Positions 37,292-46,074 are shown, numbered from the stretch's first letter. The stretch is DNA of 50,824 nt from Chloroflexota bacterium (GCA_035637315.1 DASPXK010000294.1:1-50824), one strand, 5' to 3'. Notes: a model not told the origin generated them from the letters alone. Made by a program: numbers and translations.

Positions 37292-38206
37292 ATGGACCTG
37301 CCCCAGTTTGTGACGATGCGCGAGGTGGGTACCCGCGACGGCATCCAGAGCCTCGGTGCGTTCATCGCCACCGCGCAGAAAATCGAGATCGCCAATGCCC
37401 TGGCCCGCACGGGTCTCAGGCGAATCGAGGTTACCTCATTCGTTCATCCCAAGGCGGTGCCCCAGCTGGCCGATGCGGCGGAGGTCATGGCCGGCGTCGA
37501 GCGCCCGCCCGGTGTCTCCTGGGAGGCCCTAGTTCCGAACCTGGTCGGAGCCCGCCGCGCCATCGATGCCAGGTCTGACCGCCTGTTCGTCGTGCTGGCC
37601 GCGAGCGACACCTTCAACCTGAAGAATATCCGCATGACCATCGCCGACTCCCTCAAGGGTGTCGAGGAGATCGTGCCCCTGGTGCGCGAGGTCGGGACAG
37701 CGGTCGGGGCCGGAATCGCTACTAGCTTCGGCTGTCCTTACGCGGGTGAGGTGCCGGAGGCGCGCGTCCACGACATCGTCGCGCGCCTGCTGGAGCTGGG
37801 GATCGATGAGATCGGCCTGGCCGATACGACCGGGATGGCGAACCCACTGCAAGTGGAACGGGTGGTGGGGCGGATCCGCGAACGCTGGCCCGACGTGACC
37901 TTCAGCCTGCATTTCCACAACACCCGCGGGATGGGGCTGGCGAATGTAGTGGCTGGCCTTGGCGTGGGCGTGACGAAATACGACGCCTCAATCGGCGGGA
38001 TTGGCGGCTGTCCGTTCGCACCCAGGGCGACCGGCAACGTCTCGACCGAGGACGTGGTCCACATGCTCCACGAGATGGGAGTCCAGACCGGGATCGACCT
38101 GGAAGCCTTGATCCGCTGCGCGCAGCGGATGGCCGAGGTCCTCGGCCGTGAGCTGCCCGGCCAGGTCATGAAGGCCGGCCCGCGCAGCGTCCGCCACGCC
38201 GCGTGA
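37292..38206 (+). CDS. Hydroxymethylglutaryl-CoA lyase (HMGL-like aldolase)
   Basis: 304 aa. EVGTRDGIQS, HFHNTRGMGLANV, GGIGGCPFAP. Confidence 0.85.
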   Translation: MDLPQFVTMREVGTRDGIQSLGAFIATAQKIEIANALARTGLRRIEVTSFVHPKAVPQLADAAEVMAGVERPPGVSWEALVPNLVGARRAIDARSDRLFVVLAASDTFNLKNIRMTIADSLKGVEEIVPLVREVGTAVGAGIATSFGCPYAGEVPEARVHDIVARLLELGIDEIGLADTTGMANPLQVERVVGRIRERWPDVTFSLHFHNTRGMGLANVVAGLGVGVTKYDASIGGIGGCPFAPRATGNVSTEDVVHMLHEMGVQTGIDLEALIRCAQRMAEVLGRELPGQVMKAGPRSVRHAA

Positions 38207-38284
38207 TTGTCACGATGACGGTGGTGCTGAGGCCGGAGGCAGCTCCGTAGCGCACTTCAAAGCGCCTTTGCGCATAGGGAGGAA

Positions 38285-38530
38285 ATGGTGACGACCAAGG
38301 ATAGGCTGCACCGACTCATCGACGAGTTGCCAGAAAGCGAGCTAGTCGCGGCTGAGCGTCTCCTTGAGCGACTCCGCAATGGTGCGCGGGGAACGGTGGT
38401 CGCCGATGGGACGGTCGATGACGAGCCCCTATCGATGGAGGATCTCGTTGCCGTTCAGGAGGGCATTGACGCGATTGGACGCGGTGACTTCGTGACATTG
38501 AGGGAGTATGAGGCTCGGCGCAAGGGGTGA
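38285..38530 (+). CDS. Type II antitoxin (partner of the RelE/ParE toxin)
   Basis: 81 aa. GGGAGG upstream. 4-nt GTGA overlap with the downstream toxin. DELPESEL helical N-terminus, as in many antitoxins. Confidence 0.65.
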   Translation: MVTTKDRLHRLIDELPESELVAAERLLERLRNGARGTVVADGTVDDEPLSMEDLVAVQEGIDAIGRGDFVTLREYEARRKG

Positions 38531-38793
38531 GTTACACCGTCCGCTTGGCGGGCCCAGCGGAGAAGGCGCTCCAACGCCTGGACGTCCGAACCGAGCGCCG
38601 AATTGTGAGCCGACTTCGGCAACTGGAAGCCGACCCGCATGACCCGCGCTTGTCAAAGACGTTGACCGGCGTAAGAGGGCTCCGCTCCTCAAGAGTTGGA
38701 GGATGGCGAATCCTGTTTACGGTGAACCAAATCGAACGCGCGGTCTACGTCACCGCGATGCGGCCGCGAGGCCCAGCCTACCGTCGCCTTTGA
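38527..38793 (+). CDS. RelE/ParE-family type II toxin
   Basis: 88 aa. ...LRQLEADPHDPRLSKTLTGVRGLRSSRVGGWRILFTVNQIERAVYVTAMRPRGPAY matches the RelE/StbE pattern. Confidence 0.8.
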   Translation: MSYTVRLAGPAEKALQRLDVRTERRIVSRLRQLEADPHDPRLSKTLTGVRGLRSSRVGGWRILFTVNQIERAVYVTAMRPRGPAYRRL

Positions 38794-38895
38794 AGGTCAA
38801 GCCGAGCTTTTTTCAATCGGCGAAATCGCCAGCACCTGAGCTCCCGAGCACCTCCCTTGACGCCCCGCGTCCCCGCGCGGTACACCACGCGGGCT

Positions 38896-40251
38896 ATGTC
38901 CCGCCTTCGGCGCGCGCTCACCTGGCTGCCGCTCGCCCTGGCCGTCCTCGCGGTGCCCCACTTGGCAGCGGCGTCGCCTGGCTGGCAGCAGCCGCTCGAC
39001 CCGCGTGGCCTGGCGCTTACCCTGGCCGATCTACCGCCGGGCTTCGCGCCAGTCCCGAGCCGAACGGCGTACGAAGAGCGGCCTGACGGCGTGGCCGTGT
39101 TCGAGACGGTCTTCGCCCGTGAGCAGACGCCCCAGAATCTGGGGGCCGGCCCGATCGAGGTCCGTAGTGGCGTCGCCCGTACACCCGACCAGGCCGAGGC
39201 CGCGCGCCAGTGGGCCGGCTCGCGCGAAGCCTTGGTGGGCAGCCGCTACGTGTCGAGCGTGGTCCCCCCGCTTGGCGACGAGGCGGTCGGCCTGTCGAAA
39301 CCGGTCGACCTGGCTAGCGCACAGGGTGTGGCCCACCTGTACCTGTTCCGCAAGGGGCCCTGGGTCCTGCTGGTCGGCGTGAGCGGCCGCCCGGACGTGG
39401 TCGGCCTGGGCGACACGGTCGGCCTCGCCCTCGTGGTCTCGTCTCGGCTCGACAGCGCGCTTGCGAGTGGCCAATCAACTCCGGCGACGCCCTCACCGCC
39501 GCCAAGCGGCCAACCACCGCCGGTGGGAGCCTCGCCCCCGCCCAGCGCGCAAGCCGCACCCCCTCCAGCCTCCCCGCCGACCGAACGCGTCCGGATCGCC
39601 AACGCCGACGGCTCGAGCGTCAACGTTCGGGCCGAGCCGTCCACCAGCGCGCAGGTCCTGGCGGAGTTGCCGGAAGGGACGGAACTGGATCTGGCGGGCC
39701 CTGACCGCCAGGTCGATGGTCGGGCCTGGCGGAACGTGAAGCTGCCCGGCGGCCAGGCGGGCTGGATCGCGGCAGCCTTCCTGGTCTCGATCTCCCCGCC
39801 CGCCACGCCGGTGCCCGGCGGAGGGCCGCCTGCGGGGCTGACCCAACCGCCCGGCGCCTCGCCGCCCGCCGCTGCCGCGGCACCGGCCTCGTCGCCCGAA
39901 GCGAATGCGACTCCCACGCCGACCACCACGACGCCCTCAGCCAACCCCGCCGGCCTCGTCGTGGAGGTCACCCCGCGCCAGGCGGCGCTGTCGTCGGGCG
40001 AGCAGGCGATCAAAGTGACGGTCACGCGCGACGGCCAGCCGGTCGTGGACGCGCGCGTCGACGTCACCGCCCGTCTCGATCGGGACCAGTACATCGCCAT
40101 CAACGCGCCAAGAACCGGCCCAGACGGGAAGAGCGAGGTCGTCTGGACGATGGAGGGCCCAGCGGGCACCTATCAGGTGCTGGTGGAGGTCAGACAGTCG
40201 GACGATAGCCCGGTCCTGGGCCAGGGCGCCGCGTCGTTCCGCTGGAAATGA
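38896..40251 (+). CDS. Secreted protein with SH3b domain, Pro-rich linkers and a C-terminal Ig-like domain
   Basis: Signal peptide MSRLRRALTWLPLALAVLAVPHLAAA. SH3b-like segment VRIANADGSSVNVRAEPSTSAQVLAELPEGTELDL...AWRNVKLPGGQAGWIAAAFL. The linkers are P/A/S/T-rich. Confidence 0.7.
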   Translation: MSRLRRALTWLPLALAVLAVPHLAAASPGWQQPLDPRGLALTLADLPPGFAPVPSRTAYEERPDGVAVFETVFAREQTPQNLGAGPIEVRSGVARTPDQAEAARQWAGSREALVGSRYVSSVVPPLGDEAVGLSKPVDLASAQGVAHLYLFRKGPWVLLVGVSGRPDVVGLGDTVGLALVVSSRLDSALASGQSTPATPSPPPSGQPPPVGASPPPSAQAAPPPASPPTERVRIANADGSSVNVRAEPSTSAQVLAELPEGTELDLAGPDRQVDGRAWRNVKLPGGQAGWIAAAFLVSISPPATPVPGGGPPAGLTQPPGASPPAAAAAPASSPEANATPTPTTTTPSANPAGLVVEVTPRQAALSSGEQAIKVTVTRDGQPVVDARVDVTARLDRDQYIAINAPRTGPDGKSEVVWTMEGPAGTYQVLVEVRQSDDSPVLGQGAASFRWK

Positions 40252-40254
40252 GAT

Positions 40255-40331
40255 GCGAGGAATGAGGAATGAGGTATGAGGCACGAGTCGAACTTGGCTC
40301 GTCGCTCATCCCTCATTCCTCATCCCTCGTC
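40255..40331. repeat. Stop-bearing heptamer hairpin G: (GAATGAG)n 40255-40287 opposite (CTCATCC/CTCATTC)n 40298-40331; probable terminator of the SH3b gene
   Basis: Read directly. TGA occurs at 40263, 40270 and 40277 (three frames). TCA occurs at 40306, 40313 and 40320. The loop is 10 nt. Confidence 0.85.
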
Positions 40332-40360
40332 TTGAAATCGGCGCGCCGAACCCCTACGCT
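40332..40360 (+). promoter_or_regulatory. Candidate sigma-70 promoter TTGAAA-N17-TACGCT for livHMGF
   Basis: Read directly between hairpin G and the livH GTG start at 40397. Weak -10 element. Confidence 0.3.
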
Positions 40361-40396
40361 CTAATCTCTGATCCTAATCAGCCTGGAGCTCCGGCG

Positions 40397-41359
40397 GTGA
40401 CCTGGTACGAGACTGTCATCCAGATCCTGCTCATCGGGCTCGCCAACGGCGCGATCATCGCCCTCGTCGCACTGGGCTACACCCTGGTGTACGGGATCAT
40501 CGAGCTGATCAACTTCGCCCATGGCGACGTCTTCATGCTCGGCACGATGACCTCGCTCACGCTCATGACCTGGGTGCCCGGCCTGATGGGGATGCGGCGT
40601 GCCTCGCAGATGGCCGAGCCGACGATCGTGCTCTTGCTCGTCGGGACACTCGTCACGGCCATGGTCGGCTGTGCGCTGTTGAACGTCGTCATCGAGCGGC
40701 TGGCCTATCGACCCTTGCGACGCGCGCCGCGGCTGGCGCCGCTGATCTCCGCGATCGGTGTTTCATTCATTCTGGTGAACGTTGGCCTGCATTGGAAGGG
40801 CGCCTCGCCAGTCAACTTCCCCGACCTTCACCCCGTCGCCAGCGTCGACATCTTCCGGGACGTGCTGGGCCTGAACACGCCGCTCTTCTTCACGGTCAAG
40901 GACATCTTCGTGATGGCGGTGGCAGTGCCGCTGATGCTGGCCCTGAACCTCTTTGTCGCACGCACGCGCTTGGGCAAGGCGATGCGCGCCACGGCCCAGG
41001 ACCGCGAGGCGGCCGCGATGATGGGCATCGACATCAATCAGACCATCGCCTTGACCTTCCTGCTCGGTGGCGCACTGGCCGGCGCGGCCGGCCTGATCTA
41101 CGGCCTGTACAACAACAGCGCCTGGTTCTTTCAGGGCTTTCGCAATGGCCTGATGGCGTTTACGGCGGCCGTGCTAGGCGGGATCGGCAATATATCGGGG
41201 GCTTTCCTCGGCGGCTTGATGATCGGCGTCGTGGCCGCCGCCAGCGATTTCTTGTTCGATCCGCGCTGGACGCAGGCGGTTGTCTTCGGGATGCTGATCC
41301 TGATCCTGGTCTTCAAACCGACCGGCTTGCTGGGCGAGGCGACGCCGGAGCGCTCCTGA
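40397..41359 (+). CDS. livH: Branched-chain amino acid ABC transporter permease
   Basis: 320 aa. LANGAIIALVALGYTLVYG and the LivH-type TM pattern. GTG start with GGAG upstream. Confidence 0.85.
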   Translation: MTWYETVIQILLIGLANGAIIALVALGYTLVYGIIELINFAHGDVFMLGTMTSLTLMTWVPGLMGMRRASQMAEPTIVLLLVGTLVTAMVGCALLNVVIERLAYRPLRRAPRLAPLISAIGVSFILVNVGLHWKGASPVNFPDLHPVASVDIFRDVLGLNTPLFFTVKDIFVMAVAVPLMLALNLFVARTRLGKAMRATAQDREAAAMMGIDINQTIALTFLLGGALAGAAGLIYGLYNNSAWFFQGFRNGLMAFTAAVLGGIGNISGAFLGGLMIGVVAAASDFLFDPRWTQAVVFGMLILILVFKPTGLLGEATPERS

Positions 41360-41362
41360 GCG

Positions 41363-42631
41363 ATGCCCGAACAGGCGAGTCGCGAGCCTGCCCTCGAGCG
41401 AAGCGAAGGGCCTGCCCTCGAGCGAAGCGAAGGGTCGCGAGTCGCGAGTCAACAGGCGGGCGGCTCGGTCGCGGCGGTCAGCCGCGATGAGTTGTTGTCC
41501 CGCCGCGCGCAGTCAGTCCAGCGCTGGACCGAGCTGACCGAGCGGCGACGAAACCAGGTCCTGTTCGGGATCTTCGCCGCGTTCGTGCTGCTGTATCCGC
41601 TGCTAGACCGCACACTCGGCTGGAACCGCATGGGCAGTATGAACCCGATCCTGATCTTCGTGCTTCTCGCGCTCGGGCTCAACATCGTGGTCGGGTTTGC
41701 CGGCCTGCTCGACCTCGGGTACGCGGCGTTCTTCGCCATTGGCGGGTACACCGCCGCGTTCCTGACGGCACCTCAGAGCCCGCTACCGTTCCGCACCGAC
41801 TTCTGGCTGGCCCTGATCGTGAGCTTCTTCGTGGCGGCGGTCTTTGGCGTCATCCTGGGCATGCCCACGCTGAGGCTGCGCGGAGACTACCTGGCGATCG
41901 TCACACTGGCATTCGGCGAAATCGTTCCGCGCGCCTTTCTGAACCTCGAGAAGCTCACCAACGGCTCCAAGGGCATGAACCCGATCGGCCGCCCACACGC
42001 GGCCCAATATGAGCTGCTCGCCTCTGATCAGGTTCCCTGGTACTACCTGATCGTCGCCATCAGTGCCTTCTCGGTCTTCGTCATCATGCGTCTGTACGAT
42101 TCTCGCCTCGGCCGTGCCTGGATGGCCATGCGTGAGGACGAGATCGCGGCCGCGAGTATGGGCATCGACCTGGTCAAGACCAAGCTGCTGGCCTTTTCCC
42201 TCGGAGCCTCGTTCTCCGGTTTTGGCGGCGCGCTGTACGCCTCGATGCTCCAGTTTATCGATCCGTTCCAGTTCGATTTCAGCATCTCGATCATGCTGCT
42301 CTCGATGATCATCCTGGGCGGGATTGGGAACATCTGGGGCGTGATGTTCGGCGGACTGCTGATGGGCGCCTTCAACTTCATCTGGGTCGAGACGGCCACT
42401 CCCTGGGTGCGCGGCTTCGGCTCGGCGCTCGGCTTGCCGTTCCTCGAGTCGGTCGATCTGTCGAACTCCAAGTTGATGCTGTTCGGTCTGGCCCTGGTGC
42501 TGATGATGCTGATTCGCCCCGAGGGGATCTTCCCAAGCGCCCAGCGAAGAGCCGAGCTCAAGGGCGCCAAGCCCGCTTCCGCCACGGCCGTAGCCGGCCT
42601 CGAGGAAACGCTCCACGACGCGCGGGCCTGA
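41363..42631 (+). CDS. livM: Branched-chain amino acid ABC transporter permease
   Basis: 422 aa. LGLNIVVGFAGLLDLGYAAFFAIGGY and GMPTLRLRGDYLAIVTLAFGEI. The N-terminal roughly 30 codons are a tandem repeat, so the true start is uncertain. Confidence 0.8.
   Translation: MPEQASREPALERSEGPALERSEGSRVASQQAGGSVAAVSRDELLSRRAQSVQRWTELTERRRNQVLFGIFAAFVLLYPLLDRTLGWNRMGSMNPILIFVLLALGLNIVVGFAGLLDLGYAAFFAIGGYTAAFLTAPQSPLPFRTDFWLALIVSFFVAAVFGVILGMPTLRLRGDYLAIVTLAFGEIVPRAFLNLEKLTNGSKGMNPIGRPHAAQYELLASDQVPWYYLIVAISAFSVFVIMRLYDSRLGRAWMAMREDEIAAASMGIDLVKTKLLAFSLGASFSGFGGALYASMLQFIDPFQFDFSISIMLLSMIILGGIGNIWGVMFGGLLMGAFNFIWVETATPWVRGFGSALGLPFLESVDLSNSKLMLFGLALVLMMLIRPEGIFPSAQRRAELKGAKPASATAVAGLEETLHDARA
41377..41450. 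repeat. 24-bp direct duplication (CCTGCCCTCGAGCGAAGCGAAGGG x2) flanked by GAGTCGC heptamers, inside the 5' end of livM
   Basis: Read directly. Translates in frame as EPALERSEG-PALERSEG-SRVASQ. Unlike the other tracts it contains no stop trinucleotides. Confidence 0.8.
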
Positions 42632-42633
42632 CG

Positions 42634-43407
42634 ATGGCGCTGATTCTGCAGGCGACGAAAGTCACTAAGCGGTTTGGGGGGCTAGTCGCGGTCAACGACC
42701 TCGACTTCACCATCGAAGAGCGCGCGATCGTGAGCCTGATCGGCCCGAACGGGGCCGGCAAAACCACTTTCTTCAACATGGTTGCCGGGCTGTATCGGAC
42801 GACGGCCGGTGAGATCGCCTTCCGCGGCCACCGCCTCGACGACGCCAAGCCGAACGAGATCACGGCTCTTGGCATCGCGCGAACGTTTCAGAACATCCGC
42901 CTTTTCAACAACATGAGCGCCCTGGACAACGTCCTGGTCGGCATGCATTGCCGGCTGAGGGGCACGGCGCTTGGGGCGGTGCTGCGAACTCCAGCCGTCG
43001 TGGCCGAGGAGCGCCGGGCTCGCGAACGAGCCGTCGAGCTGCTCGGTTTCGTGGGCTTGCCAGGCCGCGACGAGACGTGGGCCCGCTACCTTCCGTACGG
43101 AGACCAGCGGCGCCTGGAGATCGCCCGCGCCCTGGCCACCCAGCCGAGCCTGTTGCTCCTGGACGAGCCAACGGCCGGCATGAACCCTCAGGAGACCAAA
43201 GCCCTGACCGATCTGATCCGTCGCCTGCGCGCCGACCTCGGCCTGACGATCCTGCTGATCGAGCACCACATGCGAGTGGTGATGGACATCTCAGACCGGG
43301 TAACCGTCCTGGACTACGGCCTCAAGATCTCCGAGGGCACCCCGCGCGAGATCCAGCACGACCCGAAAGTGATCGAAGCGTATCTCGGCCGCGCGGCCAC
43401 CGCCTAA
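42634..43407 (+). CDS. livG: Branched-chain amino acid ABC transporter ATP-binding protein
   Basis: 257 aa. Walker A GPNGAGKTT, signature YGDQRRLEIARAL, Walker B LLLLDEP. Confidence 0.9.
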   Translation: MALILQATKVTKRFGGLVAVNDLDFTIEERAIVSLIGPNGAGKTTFFNMVAGLYRTTAGEIAFRGHRLDDAKPNEITALGIARTFQNIRLFNNMSALDNVLVGMHCRLRGTALGAVLRTPAVVAEERRARERAVELLGFVGLPGRDETWARYLPYGDQRRLEIARALATQPSLLLLDEPTAGMNPQETKALTDLIRRLRADLGLTILLIEHHMRVVMDISDRVTVLDYGLKISEGTPREIQHDPKVIEAYLGRAATA

Positions 43408-43408
43408 C

Positions 43409-43498
43409 GGAATGAAAAATCGAGAGTGAAGAATGAAGAATACTTCTTGCACGTCGTCGTCCCTCATTCTTCATTCTTCACTCTTCACTCTTCATTCC
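43409..43498. repeat. Stop-bearing heptamer hairpin I: (GAATGAA/GAGTGAA)n 43409-43443 opposite (TTCATTC/TTCACTC)n 43463-43498, between livG and livF
   Basis: Read directly. TGA occurs at 43413, 43427 and 43434. TCA recurs every 7 nt at 43464, 43471, 43478, 43485 and 43492. The track ORF 43426.. reads through it, but livF homology begins at MATLEVQDV (43504). Confidence 0.85.
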
Positions 43499-43503
43499 GT
43501 CTA

Positions 43504-44217
43504 ATGGCTACGCTCGAGGTCCAGGATGTCCATACCTACTATGGCAACATCCACGCCTTGCGCGGCGTGTCGCTGTCGGTCAAAGACGGCGAGATCGTCA
43601 CGCTCATCGGTGCCAACGGGGCCGGCAAGAGCACGACTCTGCGGACGATCTCTGGCATCTTGCAGCCCCGCGAGGGGCAAGTCGTGCTCGACGGACAGCC
43701 GATTACCGGACTACCGCCCCACGAGATCGTCGCCCGCGGGGTATGCCAGGTCCCGGAGGGCCGCCGGATCTTTTCGCGCATGTCGGTACTCGAGAACCTG
43801 GAGATGGGTGCCTTCGCCCGCAAGGACCGGGCGCAGGTGCCATCCGACATCGAGCGCGTATTCGAGTTGTTTCCGCGCCTGAAAGAGCGGATCAGCCAGA
43901 AAGGCGGCACGCTCTCAGGCGGCGAGCAGCAGATGCTGGCGATCGGGCGAGCCCTCATGTCCAGGCCCAAGATCCTGCTGCTGGATGAGCCTTCGATGGG
44001 CCTGTCGCCGATCCTGGTTGAAACGATCTTCCAGACGATCCAGGAGATCAATCAGCAGGGGGTCACCGTGCTGCTCGTCGAGCAGAACGCGCTCATGGCA
44101 CTCCAGGTGGCGAACCGCGGCTTCGTGCTCGAAACCGGCACGATCGTCCTAGACGACACGGCCGCCAAGCTGCGCGAGAACGAGACCGTCCAGAAGGCGT
44201 ATCTGGGCATCGAGTGA
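43504..44217 (+). CDS. livF: Branched-chain amino acid ABC transporter ATP-binding protein
   Basis: 237 aa from ATG 43504. Walker A GANGAGKST, signature LSGGEQQMLAIGRAL, Walker B ILLLDEPS. Confidence 0.9.
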   Translation: MATLEVQDVHTYYGNIHALRGVSLSVKDGEIVTLIGANGAGKSTTLRTISGILQPREGQVVLDGQPITGLPPHEIVARGVCQVPEGRRIFSRMSVLENLEMGAFARKDRAQVPSDIERVFELFPRLKERISQKGGTLSGGEQQMLAIGRALMSRPKILLLDEPSMGLSPILVETIFQTIQEINQQGVTVLLVEQNALMALQVANRGFVLETGTIVLDDTAAKLRENETVQKAYLGIE

Positions 44218-44263
44218 CGCGCGGAAGCGCGCCGACTGTGGGGGGTTGAGCTACGCGTCTAGG

Positions 44264-44527
44264 TTATCGCAGGCTGGGTCGCCCATGCCCGAAAAGCCGG
44301 GCAAGCAGTTCCTCCCGGCTCACGCCGAAGTGCTCGCCAACGTCGGCGAGGATCCCGGCCAGGGTTCCGATGCGCAGCGGGCTGTGCTGGGGGACGGTGA
44401 TGTGGTGCTCGCCCTGCTCCGTCGTGGTCAGGCGGAGGTGGCTCCCGGTCTGACGAGTGACGCGGTAGCCGAGCGCGCTGAGCGCTCGGGCGAGTTCCCT
44501 TCCTGACAGGTCGCGAGGAAGCCTCAC
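44264..44527 (-). CDS. hicA: HicA-family type II toxin (YcfA-like mRNA interferase)
   Basis: 87 aa. LSGRELARALSALGYRVTRQTGSHLRL fits the HicA pattern. GTG start overlaps the hicB stop (GTGA). Confidence 0.75.
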   Translation of the reverse strand: MRLPRDLSGRELARALSALGYRVTRQTGSHLRLTTTEQGEHHITVPQHSPLRIGTLAGILADVGEHFGVSREELLARLFGHGRPSLR

Positions 44528-44730
44528 ATCGCGATCACTTCTTCTCGCACGAAGTGCAGCCGAATCACCTTCGGCCGTTCATCTTCCTCGAAGTGGCAAC
44601 GGACCGCGTCGCGGACCTGGACATGGAGGTCGCCCATGTCGTCGGCCTCCGTGAAGATCGAGGCGCCAAGCGCCCGAGCCGTGTAGCCTCCCTCGGCTGC
44701 CTCTTCTACGAGGAAGATCAATTCATTCAT
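44524..44730 (-). CDS. hicB: HicB-family antitoxin (UPF0150-like)
   Basis: 68 aa from ATG 44730 (MNELIFLVEEAAEGGYTARALGASIFTEADDMGDL...). Upstream of and overlapping hicA. Confidence 0.7.
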   Translation of the reverse strand: MNELIFLVEEAAEGGYTARALGASIFTEADDMGDLHVQVRDAVRCHFEEDERPKVIRLHFVREEVIAM

Positions 44731-44954
44731 CGCTTTAACCTCGATGCGGCATCGCTGTTCCATGGGCCTCGACGACCGACGCCCCGCGCCTTGAGAATAC
44801 CCGATTGGCCTGATTGTGGTACCTGATTGTGCTACGACGCCAGGCCCCAGCAACGAACTGCGGCCTGAGTCGAAAGCGTGGATCGACCGGCGCTGCGCCC
44901 GCCTATAATTGCTTATCCCAACGGAGGTTTGCTGGGGACGGCGGAGCGGACCAA

Positions 44955-46074
44955 ATGGCGGTCAAACAGAAAAAGTCGATTCGGTGCACTGAGCGGGCGG
45001 CGGCTACGAGCGCTGCAAAACCGCGTGCCTACCTGAGGCAATCCGACATTCCAAAGTTGACGCTTTCCGAAGCCCTGCGGCTCCCCCAGAGTCTCTACGA
45101 TGACTTCGCGGGGCGATCGGCCGCACCCCATCAACTCGCCATGGCCGTCGACATCTCTCCAACCAGTAGCGCCTGGGAGACCTGTGCGGTGCTGCCATTG
45201 CCTATGGCCTGACCGATGGTGGATCAAAGGCGACTGCCATCGCCCTCACCGACCTGGGGCGGCGGATGGTTGCGCCGACGGAGGAAGGGCAGGATGTGTC
45301 GGCAAGAGTGGACGCCGCCTTGAAGCCCTCGATCGCTGGGCGCTTCTTCGACCGGTACAACCGAGCCAAGTTTCCTCAGGAGCGGATCGCCAAGAACGTG
45401 CTAGCAGAGATGGGCGTGCCGGTGGACCGACTTGACAAGGTCCTCCAGATCCTCACGCGAAACGGCGAGTTCGTCGGCATCATACATCAGACGAAAACCG
45501 GCCCATTTGTTGCCACCGACACGCCCGCACAGCGAAGCGTTGGCCTCACAGCGTCGGATCTCTCCTTGGATAACGCCCAGGGCGACCCAGGTGCCCCCAC
45601 GCACGCCCCAGCGGTAACTGAGACGGCGGGAATGCCCATACAGAAGCGCGAGGCAAACCAGAGGGTCTTCATCACGCACGGTAAAAACAAGCAAGTGGTC
45701 GCGCAACTAAAGGAGCTACTGGCGTTTGGGAAATTTGATCCCGTGGTCGCCCAAGAGCACGAGACCACCTCAAAGCCGGTACCAGACAAGGTTCTGGATG
45801 ACATGCATACCTGCTTTGCAGGCATCATTCACGTCGCGGGCGAGGAGGAATTGTTCGACGGTTCAGGAAGCGTGCATCACAAAATCAACGAGAATGTCCT
45901 GATCGAGATAGGCGCCGCCATGGCGCTTTACGGAAGGAACTTATACTTCTCGTTCAGAAAGGCATCCATCTTCCGTCCAATCTGCAGGGGCTGTATGTGT
46001 GTTACTACGAAGGAGAGCACCTAGACTACGAAGCAACTATGAAGCTGCTCAAAGCTTTCAACGAATTTAGGTGA
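44955..46074 (+). pseudogene. TIR-like (CAP12/PCTIR-type 'nucleotide-binding protein containing TIR-like domain') gene with an uncharacterised N-terminal domain, broken by two 1-nt frame disruptions
   Basis: Three consecutive frames join sensibly. Join 1: ...ISPTSSAW | DLCGAAIAYGLTDGGSKATAIALTDLGRRMVAPTEEG..., near 45175-45180. Join 2: ...RVFITHGKNKQVVAQLKELLAFGKFDPVV...INENVLIEIGAAMALYGRN | LILLVQKGIHLPSNLQGLYVCYYEGEHLDYEATMKLLKAFNEFR*, near 45938-45942. The stop is at 46072-46074. The region has visibly lower GC. Confidence 0.6.

Noticed and set aside
38285-38793. RelE/ParE toxin-antitoxin pair as a novel system
   Set aside because: It is a canonical two-gene type II module with a 4-nt overlap. 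It is recorded as a feature but is not unusual.
39246-40169. 307-aa minus-strand ORF and other frames over the SH3b gene
   Set aside because: They arise from the Pro/Ala-rich linker DNA of the SH3b protein. There is no independent support.
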